Shown: in pieces, positions 18,953 through 29,003 of the stretch
Position numbering within the stretch: position 1 is the stretch's first letter
Layout: each line of letters starts with the position of its first letter
Source: Thermodesulfobacteriota bacterium
GTDB lineage: Bacteria; Desulfobacterota; QYQD01
Length of the DNA stretch: 64,000 nucleotides
Direction of reading: 5' to 3'
Assembly: GCA_040755415.1 (NCBI GenBank)
Contig: JBFMAZ010000013.1
Coordinates: forward strand, 10,877 to 74,876
Made by a program: the position numbers and the translations under genes
Notes under the pieces: model-generated
Databases searched by the model: none
Told to the model about the DNA's origin: nothing
Seen by the model: the letters and a program-made list of their open reading frames with translations, nothing else

Positions 18953-20635
18953 ATGTCACTATTTATATTGTTACGAAACTGTATGGTGATCGGGTTGCTC
19001 CTGTTGCTTGCGGCCTGTAGCGGATTCATGACCACAGGGGGAACCCCTGTGGCCTGGGTGGATGGCGTACCGGTAACTGAGGGAGATCTAAAAGAGGCAC
19101 TAAAGATAACCCATCGCACTGAGGCCGTACGGCCGGGTGAGCATCCCGATCTTATGGTTTATGTCAATAAATTGATCGATGAGCGCCTGATTGTCCAGGA
19201 GGCCTATCGGATGGGACTGGACAAGGACCCCTGGGTGCAAAATAAAATGCACGAGTATAAACTCAGGGAATCCGTGGTACGCCTCTATAAAGAAGAGGTT
19301 CAAGACAGGATCAGGATGAGCGATGACGAGATGCGGCGATTTTATAACGAGCAGATGGAGGAGGCACATATTCGCCAAATAACACTGGGGACTGAGGAAG
19401 AAGCCCTGAATATACGGGACCAGATTGAGGCTGGTTCTGATATGGCCGCTCTCGCCCGGGAGCATTCTATCGATATATTTAAAGATAAGGGGGGCGACCG
19501 TGGGTTTTTACGCCGGTGGCAGCTCCCGGAATCAGTTAGAGATGCGGCTTTCTCCCTCAAGGATGGCCAGATAGCACCCGTGATTAAGACTTCCTCCGGT
19601 TATCAAATAATAAAAATTGAGGAGAAGAAGGCCGCACCAGAGAAAAATTTAGAGGAGATAAGGCGGGTTGCGGAGAAATCACTGCGCAAGAAAAAAGAAG
19701 AGGCGTTAGGTCAGGAAGTTTTAAAGGGATATCGAAAGCAGGCCGATATAGTCATAAGCGGAGATTTATTGGCAGAGTTGCCGGTTTCTATTGATGCAGC
19801 AAAAGATGAAAAATGGGCCAAGGATGAACGGCCTATTGCAAAAATTGGAGAAGAAATATTGACGGTTGGCCAGTTCTGTCAACAGCTCAAAGATATGCCG
19901 GAGTCTAAGTTGGTTACCGACGATCCACTGGCCTTAAAGCGCAAGTTCATAGATAGCTGGATCGACCGCAAACTTGTAGATATAACTGCCTTGAATCGAC
20001 ATTATGAGCGGGATGAAGATTTCGGTCGTATGCTTAAGTATTATGAAGAATATTTACTAAAGAAGTTGTTTGCCCAGAAGGTTATATACCCGCAGATAAA
20101 GATTTCGGACGAACTTCTCAAAAATTATTACGACAACCACCGCGATAATTATCTTAAACCGGTTCAATACCGGATACGGCAGATTACTGTAACTGACGAG
20201 GCGCAGGCCCGGACCATCCTGGAACAACTGCGCGGGGGAGCTGATTTTGCCTGGCTGGCAAAAAATAAGTCCGAAGACGGCCTGGCTGAAAAGGGAGGAG
20301 ACAGAGGCTGGATTTCAGGAGATAGCCTACCTTCTTCCTTCGCTAAGGCTGTTTGCGACCTTAAGGTTGGGGAATTGAGCGACATATTTTCAGAAAACGG
20401 CGCATATTTTATCGTAAAGTTGGAGGCCAAATCCGATGTTGAATATGAGGACTTTGAACAAATAAAGGATGCCGTGCAAAAGGACTACGTCAAGGAAAAC
20501 TATGAGCAATTATGGACAAATTATGCCGGAGAGTTACGACAGGATGCTGAAGTCAGTATAAATACCCCCTTTATCCAGGAATTGGCGGAAAGATTCTTGC
20601 CTTCAAAAAAGGCCTCGTCCCTTGACAAGCAATGA
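18953..20635 (+). CDS. SurA/PpiD-like periplasmic chaperone lipoprotein with two parvulin PPIase domains
   Basis: Start at MSLFILL... (AAAGGGG SD; lipobox LAAC). An upstream in-frame ATG at 18890 is possible. Parvulin signatures ...SSGYQIIKIEEKK and ...NGAYFIVKLEAK; SurA_N-like region. Confidence 0.75.
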   Translation: MSLFILLRNCMVIGLLLLLAACSGFMTTGGTPVAWVDGVPVTEGDLKEALKITHRTEAVRPGEHPDLMVYVNKLIDERLIVQEAYRMGLDKDPWVQNKMHEYKLRESVVRLYKEEVQDRIRMSDDEMRRFYNEQMEEAHIRQITLGTEEEALNIRDQIEAGSDMAALAREHSIDIFKDKGGDRGFLRRWQLPESVRDAAFSLKDGQIAPVIKTSSGYQIIKIEEKKAAPEKNLEEIRRVAEKSLRKKKEEALGQEVLKGYRKQADIVISGDLLAELPVSIDAAKDEKWAKDERPIAKIGEEILTVGQFCQQLKDMPESKLVTDDPLALKRKFIDSWIDRKLVDITALNRHYERDEDFGRMLKYYEEYLLKKLFAQKVIYPQIKISDELLKNYYDNHRDNYLKPVQYRIRQITVTDEAQARTILEQLRGGADFAWLAKNKSEDGLAEKGGDRGWISGDSLPSSFAKAVCDLKVGELSDIFSENGAYFIVKLEAKSDVEYEDFEQIKDAVQKDYVKENYEQLWTNYAGELRQDAEVSINTPFIQELAERFLPSKKASSLDKQ

Positions 20636-22635
20636 AGGCTAATGATATGGTGCTGCGCATGAAAAATTCGAAATTCGAAGCTCGAAATTCGAAAATTAAA
20701 GTAGTTGGCCTTGTACTATTTGTCTGCCTTATCATTTTAAGTTGTGCTGAGGCGCCGACCAGGCCTCAGCGAGGTTTCGCTCCGAAGGCATGTCTGGACT
20801 GCCATGGCAAGAAGTTCGATGATCTCAAAAAACCTTATGTCCATGGTCCGGCGCTCGAAAAAGACTGCGAAGTATGCCATGATCGCCATGGTAAGATACC
20901 CATCAGGACATTCAAAAAACCGGGTGCCGCATTGTGTTATACCTGCCATGCCGCGGAAAAACTAGGGATAAGTGAAAAAGCTGCGGTTCATACCCCTATA
21001 AAAGAAGGCAAATGTATACCCTGTCATGCCCCGCATGCCGGTGACAATAAACTCTTCTTAAAAAAGCAGGGTAATAGCCTTTGCTTTGATTGTCACCAGG
21101 AGACTCTATTTAAAGGCGCTAAAATCCATGCCCCGTTAGAAAAGGGGTGCTTGACCTGCCACAGACCTCATGCCTCACCCCAGGCCGATCATCTTGTCAA
21201 ACCAGAGACAGAGCTTTGCCTTGGTTGCCACAACTCAGGGAGCGCCTCTTTCCGGACAGCCCATCAGAATTACCCAGTGGAAAAGGCGCATTGTACGGGA
21301 TGCCATGACCCGCATGCCACGGCCCATCCTAAGTTACTAAGACCTTCTATACATAAGCCGCTGGCGGAAAAAAGGTGTAGTTCCTGCCACCGTCCATCTG
21401 CAGATAAAGAGCCGCTAAAGGCCGTGGCTCAGGATGGCGCCCTTTGCTACTCCTGCCACGAGCAGGTGGCCAGGCGATTTGAACAGGTCTGCCGGCATAA
21501 GCCCATACAAGAGGGCAAGTGCCTGGTCTGCCATAGTCCCCATGCCACGGATTTTGTCCCCCAGTTGGTTAAGGATGTCAACTCTCTTTGTTTTGCCTGT
21601 CATAAAGAGAAGGCAGGTTCTTTGAAGGCAGGTGTGCCGCATGCGCCACTCAAAAAGCAGGGTTGTACGGCCTGTCATGATGCACATGCCTCGGCTAATA
21701 CTAGATTGCTCAAGATGGAAAAAGAGAAGCTCTGTCTCGAGTGTCATAAGAAGACAGAGGAAGAACTAAGGGCAACTTATGTACATAAACCCCTTGCATC
21801 TGATCAGTGTACGACCTGCCACAACGCCCATGGATCCAATTATAAGGGAATGCTGGGCGTATCCCCGGAGGCCCTGTGCTACAGTTGTCATAAGGAGGCC
21901 AGAGATAAATTTTATAAGGCATACGTTCATACCCCGGTAAGTAAAAAGAATTGTACAGGATGTCATAAGCCGCATGGAGCAAATTATAAATCTCTTCTCA
22001 AGCATTCCAAGGTGGATATTTGTTTCTCCTGTCATGTAGAAATGAAGAACATAGGTGCAGAAGGCAAGGGTCATCCGCCATTTATGAGGAAGGAATGCCA
22101 GGGCTGTCACGACCCCCACGCCAGTAATTATCCGATGCAGCAAGCGCTTCCACCTTCTGAACTCTGTCTGAGGTGTCATAAGAACTTCGTGGCCAAAGGA
22201 AAAGACGCCCCGGCCGTACATCAGCCGGTAAAGGAAGGAAACTGTATCAGTTGCCATAGCCCGCACGGTACAAAACTGGCCAGTTTGCTCCTCAATCAAA
22301 CCGGTGAGTTGTGTCTGTCCTGTCATGGCCAGCTAAAGGAGGCGCTGCGTTCGGCCCGGGGGCATACGCCGGTCAAGCAAGGTAATTGCCGCGGCTGCCA
22401 TCTGCCCCATTACGGAGAAGAAAAAGGGCTCTTGGCCAACCGGGATCCATTCCTCTGTCTCCAGTGCCATGCTGCCGATAAACCTACCAATATCAAGGCG
22501 CATCAGGGATTGCTCCAAAACACCAGCTTATGTCTGGAGTGTCATGAGCCGCATATATCCGCCAAAGGGAGTTTGTTGAAGAAAAATGAGCACAGTCCTT
22601 TTGCCAAGAGAGATTGCAGGCTGTGTCATAAATAA
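20632..22635 (+). CDS. Multiheme c-type cytochrome, 26 CxxCH motifs, probable lipoprotein (lipobox ILSC)
   Basis: 26 CxxCH counted by eye, many as CxxCHxPH(A/G) paired-CxxCH/c7-like repeats. N-terminal 20 codons overlap a cgaaattcgaa repeat (20661-20696); alternative start ATG 20659. Confidence 0.85.
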   Translation: MKANDMVLRMKNSKFEARNSKIKVVGLVLFVCLIILSCAEAPTRPQRGFAPKACLDCHGKKFDDLKKPYVHGPALEKDCEVCHDRHGKIPIRTFKKPGAALCYTCHAAEKLGISEKAAVHTPIKEGKCIPCHAPHAGDNKLFLKKQGNSLCFDCHQETLFKGAKIHAPLEKGCLTCHRPHASPQADHLVKPETELCLGCHNSGSASFRTAHQNYPVEKAHCTGCHDPHATAHPKLLRPSIHKPLAEKRCSSCHRPSADKEPLKAVAQDGALCYSCHEQVARRFEQVCRHKPIQEGKCLVCHSPHATDFVPQLVKDVNSLCFACHKEKAGSLKAGVPHAPLKKQGCTACHDAHASANTRLLKMEKEKLCLECHKKTEEELRATYVHKPLASDQCTTCHNAHGSNYKGMLGVSPEALCYSCHKEARDKFYKAYVHTPVSKKNCTGCHKPHGANYKSLLKHSKVDICFSCHVEMKNIGAEGKGHPPFMRKECQGCHDPHASNYPMQQALPPSELCLRCHKNFVAKGKDAPAVHQPVKEGNCISCHSPHGTKLASLLLNQTGELCLSCHGQLKEALRSARGHTPVKQGNCRGCHLPHYGEEKGLLANRDPFLCLQCHAADKPTNIKAHQGLLQNTSLCLECHEPHISAKGSLLKKNEHSPFAKRDCRLCHK

Positions 22636-22680
22636 CATGGATATCTACCGCAGAGGCACAGAGGCCGTATAGATAAATGA

Positions 22681-22740
22681 CAAATATCAAAATCCAAAGT
22701 TCAAATCAATGACAAAGTTCAAATGATGAAACATTGACAA
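22681..22740. repeat. AT-rich motif copy (AAAGTTCAAATCAATGACAAAGTTCAAATGA) upstream of 16-heme cytochrome
   Basis: Near-identical 30-mer to 18779-18808. Confidence 0.55.
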
Positions 22741-22778
22741 TACCCGGAAGGTTTATGGAGTGGAGAGATATTAACAAG

Positions 22779-24011
22779 ATGAAGGTTAAGTTAGCTATAT
22801 GGCCTTTACTGGGCTTTTTTGCCTGGATACTTACGGGCGAGGCGGCGGCAAAGCCTTCGGCTGATACCTGTTATAGCTGCCATAGCCAGTTAAAAAAGGA
22901 ATTTGCGCAAAAAACCATACATGATCCAGTAGACAAGGGCCAGTGCACAGCCTGTCACAATCCTCACGCCACGAACCAGGATAAGTTTTTAAAAGACGAG
23001 ATAAACAAGGTCTGTTATAGTTGTCACAAGGGATTGGCACAGGAACTGGGGCGTGGGCACGTTCATTCCGTACTTTTGCATGATAAATGCACGCGCTGTC
23101 ACAGTCCCCATGCCTCTGCACACAGAAATCTGCTGGCTAAAGAAGCAAATAGTTTATGCCTGGACTGCCATGAAGGTGTAAAAAAGCAGCTTGCCTTTTC
23201 CTACTCTATACCGCCCTTCCGGGAGAAGAAGTGCCTTTCTTGTCACGAACCACATGTCTCCAGGGAGGAAGGGTTGGTAAGGAAAAGTATAAATCGTCTT
23301 TGCCAGGACTGTCATGGCATTAAGTGCAAGAGTAAAGGCGTTTCTCTGGCCTTTGCCCTCCAGGATGCCGACTGCACTAACTGCCATAATCCCCACGCCT
23401 CAAACAAGAAAGGGGTTTTCAACCCTGTAGCCCATCAGTCTTTCGTTGATCAAAAATGTGAGGCATGCCACGATGCGATTGCAGCAAATAAGCCCCTTAC
23501 GACAAAGCTAACCGGCCGGGCATTATGCTTTGATTGCCATGGCAATAAGAAAGATATGCTATCTAAGATATACGTTCACGCCGGAGGAGGTACCTGCACC
23601 ACCTGTCATAATCCTCATGCCTCGCAGGATAAGGGCCTTATCTGGAAGAAAGAGAAATGGCTCTGCATCTCCTGCCATTCCGACACAGACCGGCGTGAGA
23701 AGGCATCCATTGAGAAGCAAAAAGACATCCGCTGTACGGCCATAATAGAAGGGAAATGCTCCCATTGTCATGATCCACACGCCGCAAATATGCCCCGTTA
23801 CTTTAAAGGCGATGGCGTTGATATCTGTGTAAGTTGCCATAAAAGAGAACACAGCTTATCGCATCCCCTCAGGGAAAAATCTATAGATCCGCGGACTAAC
23901 CAGCCGACTTATTGCACTACCTGTCACGGAATGCATACTGCTGAAAACAAATTTATGCTCTATTTCGACCGCAAAAGGGAACTGTGTATAGAGTGTCATA
24001 AAAGGGATTAA
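22779..24011 (+). CDS. Multiheme c-type cytochrome, 16 CxxCH motifs, secreted
   Basis: Start at MKVKLAIWPLLGFFAWILTGEAAA (signal peptide); 16 CxxCH; same repeat architecture as upstream 26-heme protein. ORF-track start 22734 also possible. Confidence 0.85.
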   Translation: MKVKLAIWPLLGFFAWILTGEAAAKPSADTCYSCHSQLKKEFAQKTIHDPVDKGQCTACHNPHATNQDKFLKDEINKVCYSCHKGLAQELGRGHVHSVLLHDKCTRCHSPHASAHRNLLAKEANSLCLDCHEGVKKQLAFSYSIPPFREKKCLSCHEPHVSREEGLVRKSINRLCQDCHGIKCKSKGVSLAFALQDADCTNCHNPHASNKKGVFNPVAHQSFVDQKCEACHDAIAANKPLTTKLTGRALCFDCHGNKKDMLSKIYVHAGGGTCTTCHNPHASQDKGLIWKKEKWLCISCHSDTDRREKASIEKQKDIRCTAIIEGKCSHCHDPHAANMPRYFKGDGVDICVSCHKREHSLSHPLREKSIDPRTNQPTYCTTCHGMHTAENKFMLYFDRKRELCIECHKRD

Positions 24012-24023
24012 GGAGCTTGCGGT

Positions 24024-24983
24024 ATGGCTTTGATATTTGGCAGGATCAGGTTTTTATTAATTGTCCTTGTGCTGTGTAGCATTATGTCGGTTTTTTTCGC
24101 ACTTAATCCTTGTATTGCCCAGCAAAAGGCACCCTTTGCCCTCCAGGTTGGTTTTACACAACTGGAAGGCATGGGCAAATTGAAGCAGATCCGGAGCCTT
24201 TTCTGGTCACAGGCCAAAAATAGACTGCTTGTGGCCGATACCGGCAATAACCGCCTGCTTTTCTTTGGCGACAGCGAGGGTAAATTCCGGTTCCTGTCTG
24301 AATTTAAATCTGACAAAATGGTGTTACCCATTAGCGCTGTAGAGACCAGCCAGGGGACGATTATAGTCATTGAGCGAGGTGCTCAGAGTATTATCAGTTA
24401 TAATCCTGAGACCGGCGAGAGACGCGGCATTCTTGGGGATGAATTTCCTGATGCCTCGTCCTTCTGGCCTACTTATCTGGCCTTAGATGATAAGGACAAT
24501 CTTTATGTCGTGGATCAAGGGAACCAGAGAATTTACATTTTTGATGGAAGTCTAAGGTATAAGCTCCATATAAATTCTCCTGAACCGAAGTTCACAGGAT
24601 TTTCAGCGGTGGCAGTTGATAAGGACGGGAACATAATTGCGCTTGAGGCCCAGCGCGGTATAATCTATGTCTTCGATAAAGAAGGAAAGATTATCCGCCA
24701 GGTTAGTAAGCGCGGGGAGCTCCGCGGAGAAACTGAATTTCCGGTGGACATAGCTGTGGACGGACAGGGGCGCATTTACATCCTGGATTCTCACCGGCAT
24801 CAGGTCGTTCTTCTTGACCGGGAAGGAAATTGGCAGGGGGAGATAGGCGAAAAGGGGTGGAAGGAAGGAAAGCTCATATTCCCCCATCGGATAGCGGCAG
24901 CTTCTGATTACCGCCTGTTTATCGTTGATGCCGATGATAATCGCCTGCAGGTTTTTATCCCGGCCGGGGGATCGGGGCAATAG
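24024..24983 (+). CDS. NHL-repeat beta-propeller protein, secreted
   Basis: Signal peptide; repeats ...LLVADTGNNRLLFFGD..., ...LYVVDQGNQRIYIFD..., ...IYILDSHRHQVVLLD..., ...LFIVDADDNRLQVF... (NHL). Confidence 0.8.
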   Translation: MALIFGRIRFLLIVLVLCSIMSVFFALNPCIAQQKAPFALQVGFTQLEGMGKLKQIRSLFWSQAKNRLLVADTGNNRLLFFGDSEGKFRFLSEFKSDKMVLPISAVETSQGTIIVIERGAQSIISYNPETGERRGILGDEFPDASSFWPTYLALDDKDNLYVVDQGNQRIYIFDGSLRYKLHINSPEPKFTGFSAVAVDKDGNIIALEAQRGIIYVFDKEGKIIRQVSKRGELRGETEFPVDIAVDGQGRIYILDSHRHQVVLLDREGNWQGEIGEKGWKEGKLIFPHRIAAASDYRLFIVDADDNRLQVFIPAGGSGQ

Positions 24984-25002
24984 TTAGTGTTCATCCGGAA
25001 AC

Positions 25003-25142
25003 CCCGGTTTTTTCCCTCTCCCCTGGCGGGAGAGGGTTAGGGTGAGGGGGATAACCTAGCGATTTTCCTATCAGTTCACCCTCCCCCCCAACCCCCTCCC
25101 GTCGAGGGAGGGGGGAGTTTTTAGGGGTTTCCGGATGGACAC
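25003..25142. repeat. Complex ~140-bp GC-rich palindromic element (CCCTCTCCCCTGGCGGGAGAGGG and CCCTCCCGTCGAGGGAGGG hairpins nested in outer TCCGGAAACCCC...GGGGTTTCCGGA arms)
   Basis: Read directly; shares CCCTCCC/GGGAGGG and CCCCCTCACCC words with MITE core and in-frame palindromes. Confidence 0.6.
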
Positions 25143-25262
25143 TAGTTAGATTAACTGTAACGAGATCTTCTGAGTCATAAAATAATAAACTTAGAACCCC
25201 TCACCGTGGTCTTTAGTCTAGCCACGTGAGGGGTTTTATACTAATACGGAGGGTATAGGATA

Positions 25263-25883
25263 ATGGGTACATTCAAAAAAATCAGGATCATTGCAGTTCC
25301 ACTTATTGCAGGGGGGATTTTGTTGGCCGGCGGATGTCAGAAAAAGGAAGACATAAAAACGGCGCAAAAGGAACCGGCAATGCCTTCTGAACCGTCTATG
25401 CACGGACCTGCTTCAGCCGGGCAAGAGCAGATGCCCCCGGCCATGGGAAAACAATTCCCGAAAGAGATGCTTGAAGCCATCCGTGAAATGGAGCAAAAAC
25501 CGGATGTGAAGCCTGTTAAAAAAGGTCATGCACCGGTGGTTGTCCCCCAGGATGTCCAGGGCAAATGGAAAGCGGTAGTAATAGTAGTGGTTAATAAACA
25601 AACGAACGAAAAAAAGGATTATGTAGTAGGGATTAACAAGGAATTTGCAGTTCCCAATAGTAAGATAAAAATTAAGGTATTAAATTTCCTGCCTAATTTT
25701 TCTATGTCTCCCCAGGGGATAACATCGCTTTCTAATGAACCTAAAAACCCGGCTGCCCAAGTGATCGTTTATGAGGACGACAAGAATGTTTTTGAAGGCT
25801 GGCTGTTTGAAAAGTTTCCTCAGGTACACCCTTTCCAGCACAGGGTGTATGCTCTGTTGCTGAAAAACCAAATACCGATTTAG
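25263..25883 (+). CDS. Lipoprotein of unknown function (206 aa, lipobox LAGGC)
   Basis: Signal peptide + lipobox; Pro/Lys-rich linker; no catalytic motif. Confidence 0.6.
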   Translation: MGTFKKIRIIAVPLIAGGILLAGGCQKKEDIKTAQKEPAMPSEPSMHGPASAGQEQMPPAMGKQFPKEMLEAIREMEQKPDVKPVKKGHAPVVVPQDVQGKWKAVVIVVVNKQTNEKKDYVVGINKEFAVPNSKIKIKVLNFLPNFSMSPQGITSLSNEPKNPAAQVIVYEDDKNVFEGWLFEKFPQVHPFQHRVYALLLKNQIPI

Positions 25884-25968
25884 ATGTGTTAGCCACGAAT
25901 ACGCACGAATGTACACAAATTATACAAATAAAACAGACGCAATGAGATGCTATAAAATGGTTTCTATC

Positions 25969-26099
25969 GAGCCTCTTGCAAAAGTCTTGTAAATGGCGTT
26001 CTTGTCATTCCGGCGAAAGCCGGAATCCAGTAATTTCAAGCAGTTTAGATACCTCTGGACACCGGTTTTCACCGGTGTGACGATTTTTGCAAGAACCTC
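25969..26099. repeat. TIR element family 3, copy 2
   Basis: GAGCCTCTTGCAAAAGTC...GTCATTCCGGCGAAAGCCGGAATCCAG...CTGGACACCGGTTTTCACCGGTGTGACGATTTTTGCAAGAACCTC; matches 11924-12077. Confidence 0.7.
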
Positions 26100-26142
26100 T
26101 ATCTGTTCGAGTTTATTCGTGTCAATTTGTGGCAAGCAGTTC

Positions 26143-27147
26143 TTAATGATTGCGGTGACAGGTGCGGCAAGAGCCTGAAGAGGACATATTCGCGCCGTAT
26201 TCGAAGCGGAGGATGCTTGGATAGGGAGAACCGTGGGCACGGTGGCACGACAGACACATTACTACCTCATTGCCTGACGGGACGTTTACTTCTGACGGAT
26301 TTTTTGTACAATCGAGATTAAGCCTGGCTACGGGCACAATCGGGTTATATTCTGTATAACCGGAGAATTCCCCGTCCGGAATGGGAATATCTGTCGGGTG
26401 CCTTAACCAGGGGCTCTTGCCCCCGGTACCGGCCGCACCGTGAAAGTTACCTGCATTGGTGCCCAGGGCATCGCTGCCATGGCATTGACCGCATAAATAG
26501 CTTATGCTCTTTGGATCACGCCAGTTATCAGCCCCCTGGTATTCGTTATGCTTATCAGAGGCAGTCTTGCATTCCCATTTGTAGCCGTCTTCATTCATCT
26601 CCCGCCCGGTAACCCCCAACAGAAACCGATAACTTGTTGCTACCGTCTTTCCATCGGACGGTTTGGCAGGGTTATAGGCATGATGGGCTCCCTTCATGGC
26701 TTCGCGTGGCGAGATCTTGGTGCGGTCGCCATGGCAGCCATATTTACCGGCACATGTGAGCCGGACGCTGGTGAAATTCAAGAAGGGGTCATTTAGCCCT
26801 GGTGCGTTAATGGTATCCGGTCCTATATCCGTAAACCCATCCACATTATGGCCATGGCGACTGCCGTGAAGGCCGACATAATAAAAATTGCCGCCGGCTA
26901 AGTCTGTTCCGGAATTATGATAAACATAAGGGGTTGATCCGGCCTTACCGGTATTGCCTGTTTGTATGGCAGCGTGGCAACGGGTACAATGCTCTGCACC
27001 TTGATCTTGTGTGTCTTTTGTAACTACGGCCTTGTAGGAGGCATGACATCTTTCACAATTAGTATCTAATGCCAGTGCATTAGAACTTACCCATGTGAAA
27101 TAAGTCCATAATACAGGTATTATCAACCAACGGGACGCCGTTTTCAC
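26143..27147 (-). CDS. Multiheme c-type cytochrome (5-6 heme sites incl. one Cx4CH-type), secreted
   Basis: Signal peptide; CERCHA, CTRCHA, CAGKYGCHG, CGQCHG, CLSCHRAHG, CRTCHR. Confidence 0.8.
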   Translation of the reverse strand: MKTASRWLIIPVLWTYFTWVSSNALALDTNCERCHASYKAVVTKDTQDQGAEHCTRCHAAIQTGNTGKAGSTPYVYHNSGTDLAGGNFYYVGLHGSRHGHNVDGFTDIGPDTINAPGLNDPFLNFTSVRLTCAGKYGCHGDRTKISPREAMKGAHHAYNPAKPSDGKTVATSYRFLLGVTGREMNEDGYKWECKTASDKHNEYQGADNWRDPKSISYLCGQCHGSDALGTNAGNFHGAAGTGGKSPWLRHPTDIPIPDGEFSGYTEYNPIVPVARLNLDCTKNPSEVNVPSGNEVVMCLSCHRAHGSPYPSILRFEYGANMSSSGSCRTCHRNH

Positions 27148-27232
27148 TATTATTCCTATCTATGGATTAGGCCGGTGGTCAGAGATTTTATTATCTTATC
27201 GGCGTCCCGTTGGTTTTCTTTAGTACATGGCC

Positions 27233-28249
27233 TTAAATCCCCTTTTCGGCTATAAGGTTAGCCAGGTCTGCAAGGCGACAGGAATAACCCCATTCATTGT
27301 CGTACCAGCAAACGACTTTGGCCAGGTTGCCTCCCAGCACCTGTGTGAATTCGGCATCTATTACGCTGGAATGGGGATCCCCCTTAAAGTCAGAGGAAAC
27401 CAGGAAATCCTCCGAATAAGACATGATGCCCTTTAGCGGACCGTTAGCCGCGTCTTTCAGTGCCTTCCTGAGGTCATCTGTAGCGACATCTTTTTCCAGT
27501 AGCGCTACGAAATCTACCACGGATACGGTAGGCGTAGGAACCCTTAATGAATATCCGTCGAATTTGCCTTTGAGTTCCGGTATTACAAGCGCCAGGGCTT
27601 TTGCTGCTCCGGTCGAGGTGGGAATTATATTGCAGGCCGCAGCGCGTGCCCTTCGCAGGTCTTTATGCGGTAGATCGAGGATACGTTGATCATTGGTATA
27701 GGCATGTACAGTGGTCATAACACCTTTCACAATTCCAAATTGATCGTTAACGACCTTTGCCGGTGGAGCGAGACAATTAGTGGTACAGGAGGCATTGGAG
27801 ATAATATGGTGGCGGTCCGGGTCGTAAGCCTTCTCGTTAATCCCCATAACAATGGTGATATCTTCTTCCTTAGCCGGAGCGCTTATGATTACTTTTTTGG
27901 CCCCTGATTCCCTGTGCATATTGGCCTTGGGCCCGGTGCGAAAGAGGCCGGTGCATTCCATAACGATGTCCACCTCGACCTCATGCCAGGGTATCTGGGC
28001 GGGATCCCGTTCTGAAAAATTGCGAATTCTCCAATCACCAACGACCATTTCGCCGTCCCGGATTTCTGCCGGAACATTAAATTTTCCGTAATTGGTATCA
28101 TATTTGAGCAGATGGACGTTGGTAGGCGCATCAAACAGATCGTTAATAGCTACTACCTGCAAGTTTTCCGGGTGTCTTTCCAGTATAGCCTTTACCGCCT
28201 GGCGACCGATGCGGCCAAACCCGTTTATACCTATTCTTGCCTTTCTCAT
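27233..28249 (-). CDS. gap: Glyceraldehyde-3-phosphate dehydrogenase, type I (start corrected to [16 protein letters not shown])
   Basis: NAD-binding [10 protein letters not shown], active site SCTTNCLAP; GAGGGGAG SD before corrected ATG at 28247-28249. The track's extended N-terminus is unsupported. Confidence 0.9.
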   Translation of the reverse strand: MRKARIGINGFGRIGRQAVKAILERHPENLQVVAINDLFDAPTNVHLLKYDTNYGKFNVPAEIRDGEMVVGDWRIRNFSERDPAQIPWHEVEVDIVMECTGLFRTGPKANMHRESGAKKVIISAPAKEEDITIVMGINEKAYDPDRHHIISNASCTTNCLAPPAKVVNDQFGIVKGVMTTVHAYTNDQRILDLPHKDLRRARAAACNIIPTSTGAAKALALVIPELKGKFDGYSLRVPTPTVSVVDFVALLEKDVATDDLRKALKDAANGPLKGIMSYSEDFLVSSDFKGDPHSSVIDAEFTQVLGGNLAKVVCWYDNEWGYSCRLADLANLIAEKGI

Positions 28250-28265
28250 GGCTTTTCTCCCCTCT

Positions 28266-28829
28266 TTAATCATCAAAAAGTCTGTATTCATAAGCAGCCA
28301 GAAGTTCATAATCTGCTTTAAGGGCTTGATGCAAGCGGGCATTCTCAATGGCGATGGCGCTGAGGTTGGCGATGGCCGTCAAGAACTCTACCTCCTCAGG
28401 GGCAAAATCCCTGCACGTGGCGGTATAGACGCGTAGTACGCCTATAGCTCGATCTTCAAGCATAAGGGGTACTACCATTACCGAGGCAATGCCTTCTTCC
28501 CTTGCCTTTTCCGGATATTGGAAGCGCGGATCAGTGCACGCGTCGCGGATAGTGACTTTCTTACCGGCCAGGGCCTCCCGGTCAATACCGCTTTTTTCTA
28601 CTTCTACTGCACCCTTACGTAAATACCCCTTACTCAATCCATAAGAGGCCCCTAGGAGCAGCCGCTTACCTTGCTTATCAAGGAGTCTTATAGAACAAGC
28701 CTTGGCCTCTACGGCCGAAGTAACTTGTTCTGCTATTTTCGCCAGGACCGTAACCGGATCCAGACTAGAATTTATTACCCTGGCTACCTCGTATAGAGAC
28801 CGGTAATAGTCCCTTTCTTTGCTTTTCAT
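28266..28829 (-). CDS. Stand-alone GAF-domain protein
   Basis: 187 aa, GAF-like fold-wide pattern (...ACSIRLLD..., ...[10 protein letters not shown]...[10 protein letters not shown]...). Confidence 0.7.
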   Translation of the reverse strand: MKSKERDYYRSLYEVARVINSSLDPVTVLAKIAEQVTSAVEAKACSIRLLDKQGKRLLLGASYGLSKGYLRKGAVEVEKSGIDREALAGKKVTIRDACTDPRFQYPEKAREEGIASVMVVPLMLEDRAIGVLRVYTATCRDFAPEEVEFLTAIANLSAIAIENARLHQALKADYELLAAYEYRLFDD

Positions 28830-29003
28830 AAAAATGCCTCCTTCCTCAGTGGGCTTTGGTCTTCACGAAATGCGCTATAGTTTTATATTATTAGGGAAAA
28901 ATATCTTTTTGTAAATGTAAAGATTGAAGTAAAGGATCTTGAAACGTGTGTCTTGTTGTTTAAGATGTGATGGCTATGATTTTAAAAAGGACTGGATTTT
29001 TAG

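Noticed and set aside
28250-28348. N-terminal 33-aa extension of GAPDH ([33 protein letters not shown])
   Set aside because: It has no SD. The canonical [16 protein letters not shown] start has a strong GAGGGGAG SD, and the extension would run through the GAF gene's 3' end region.
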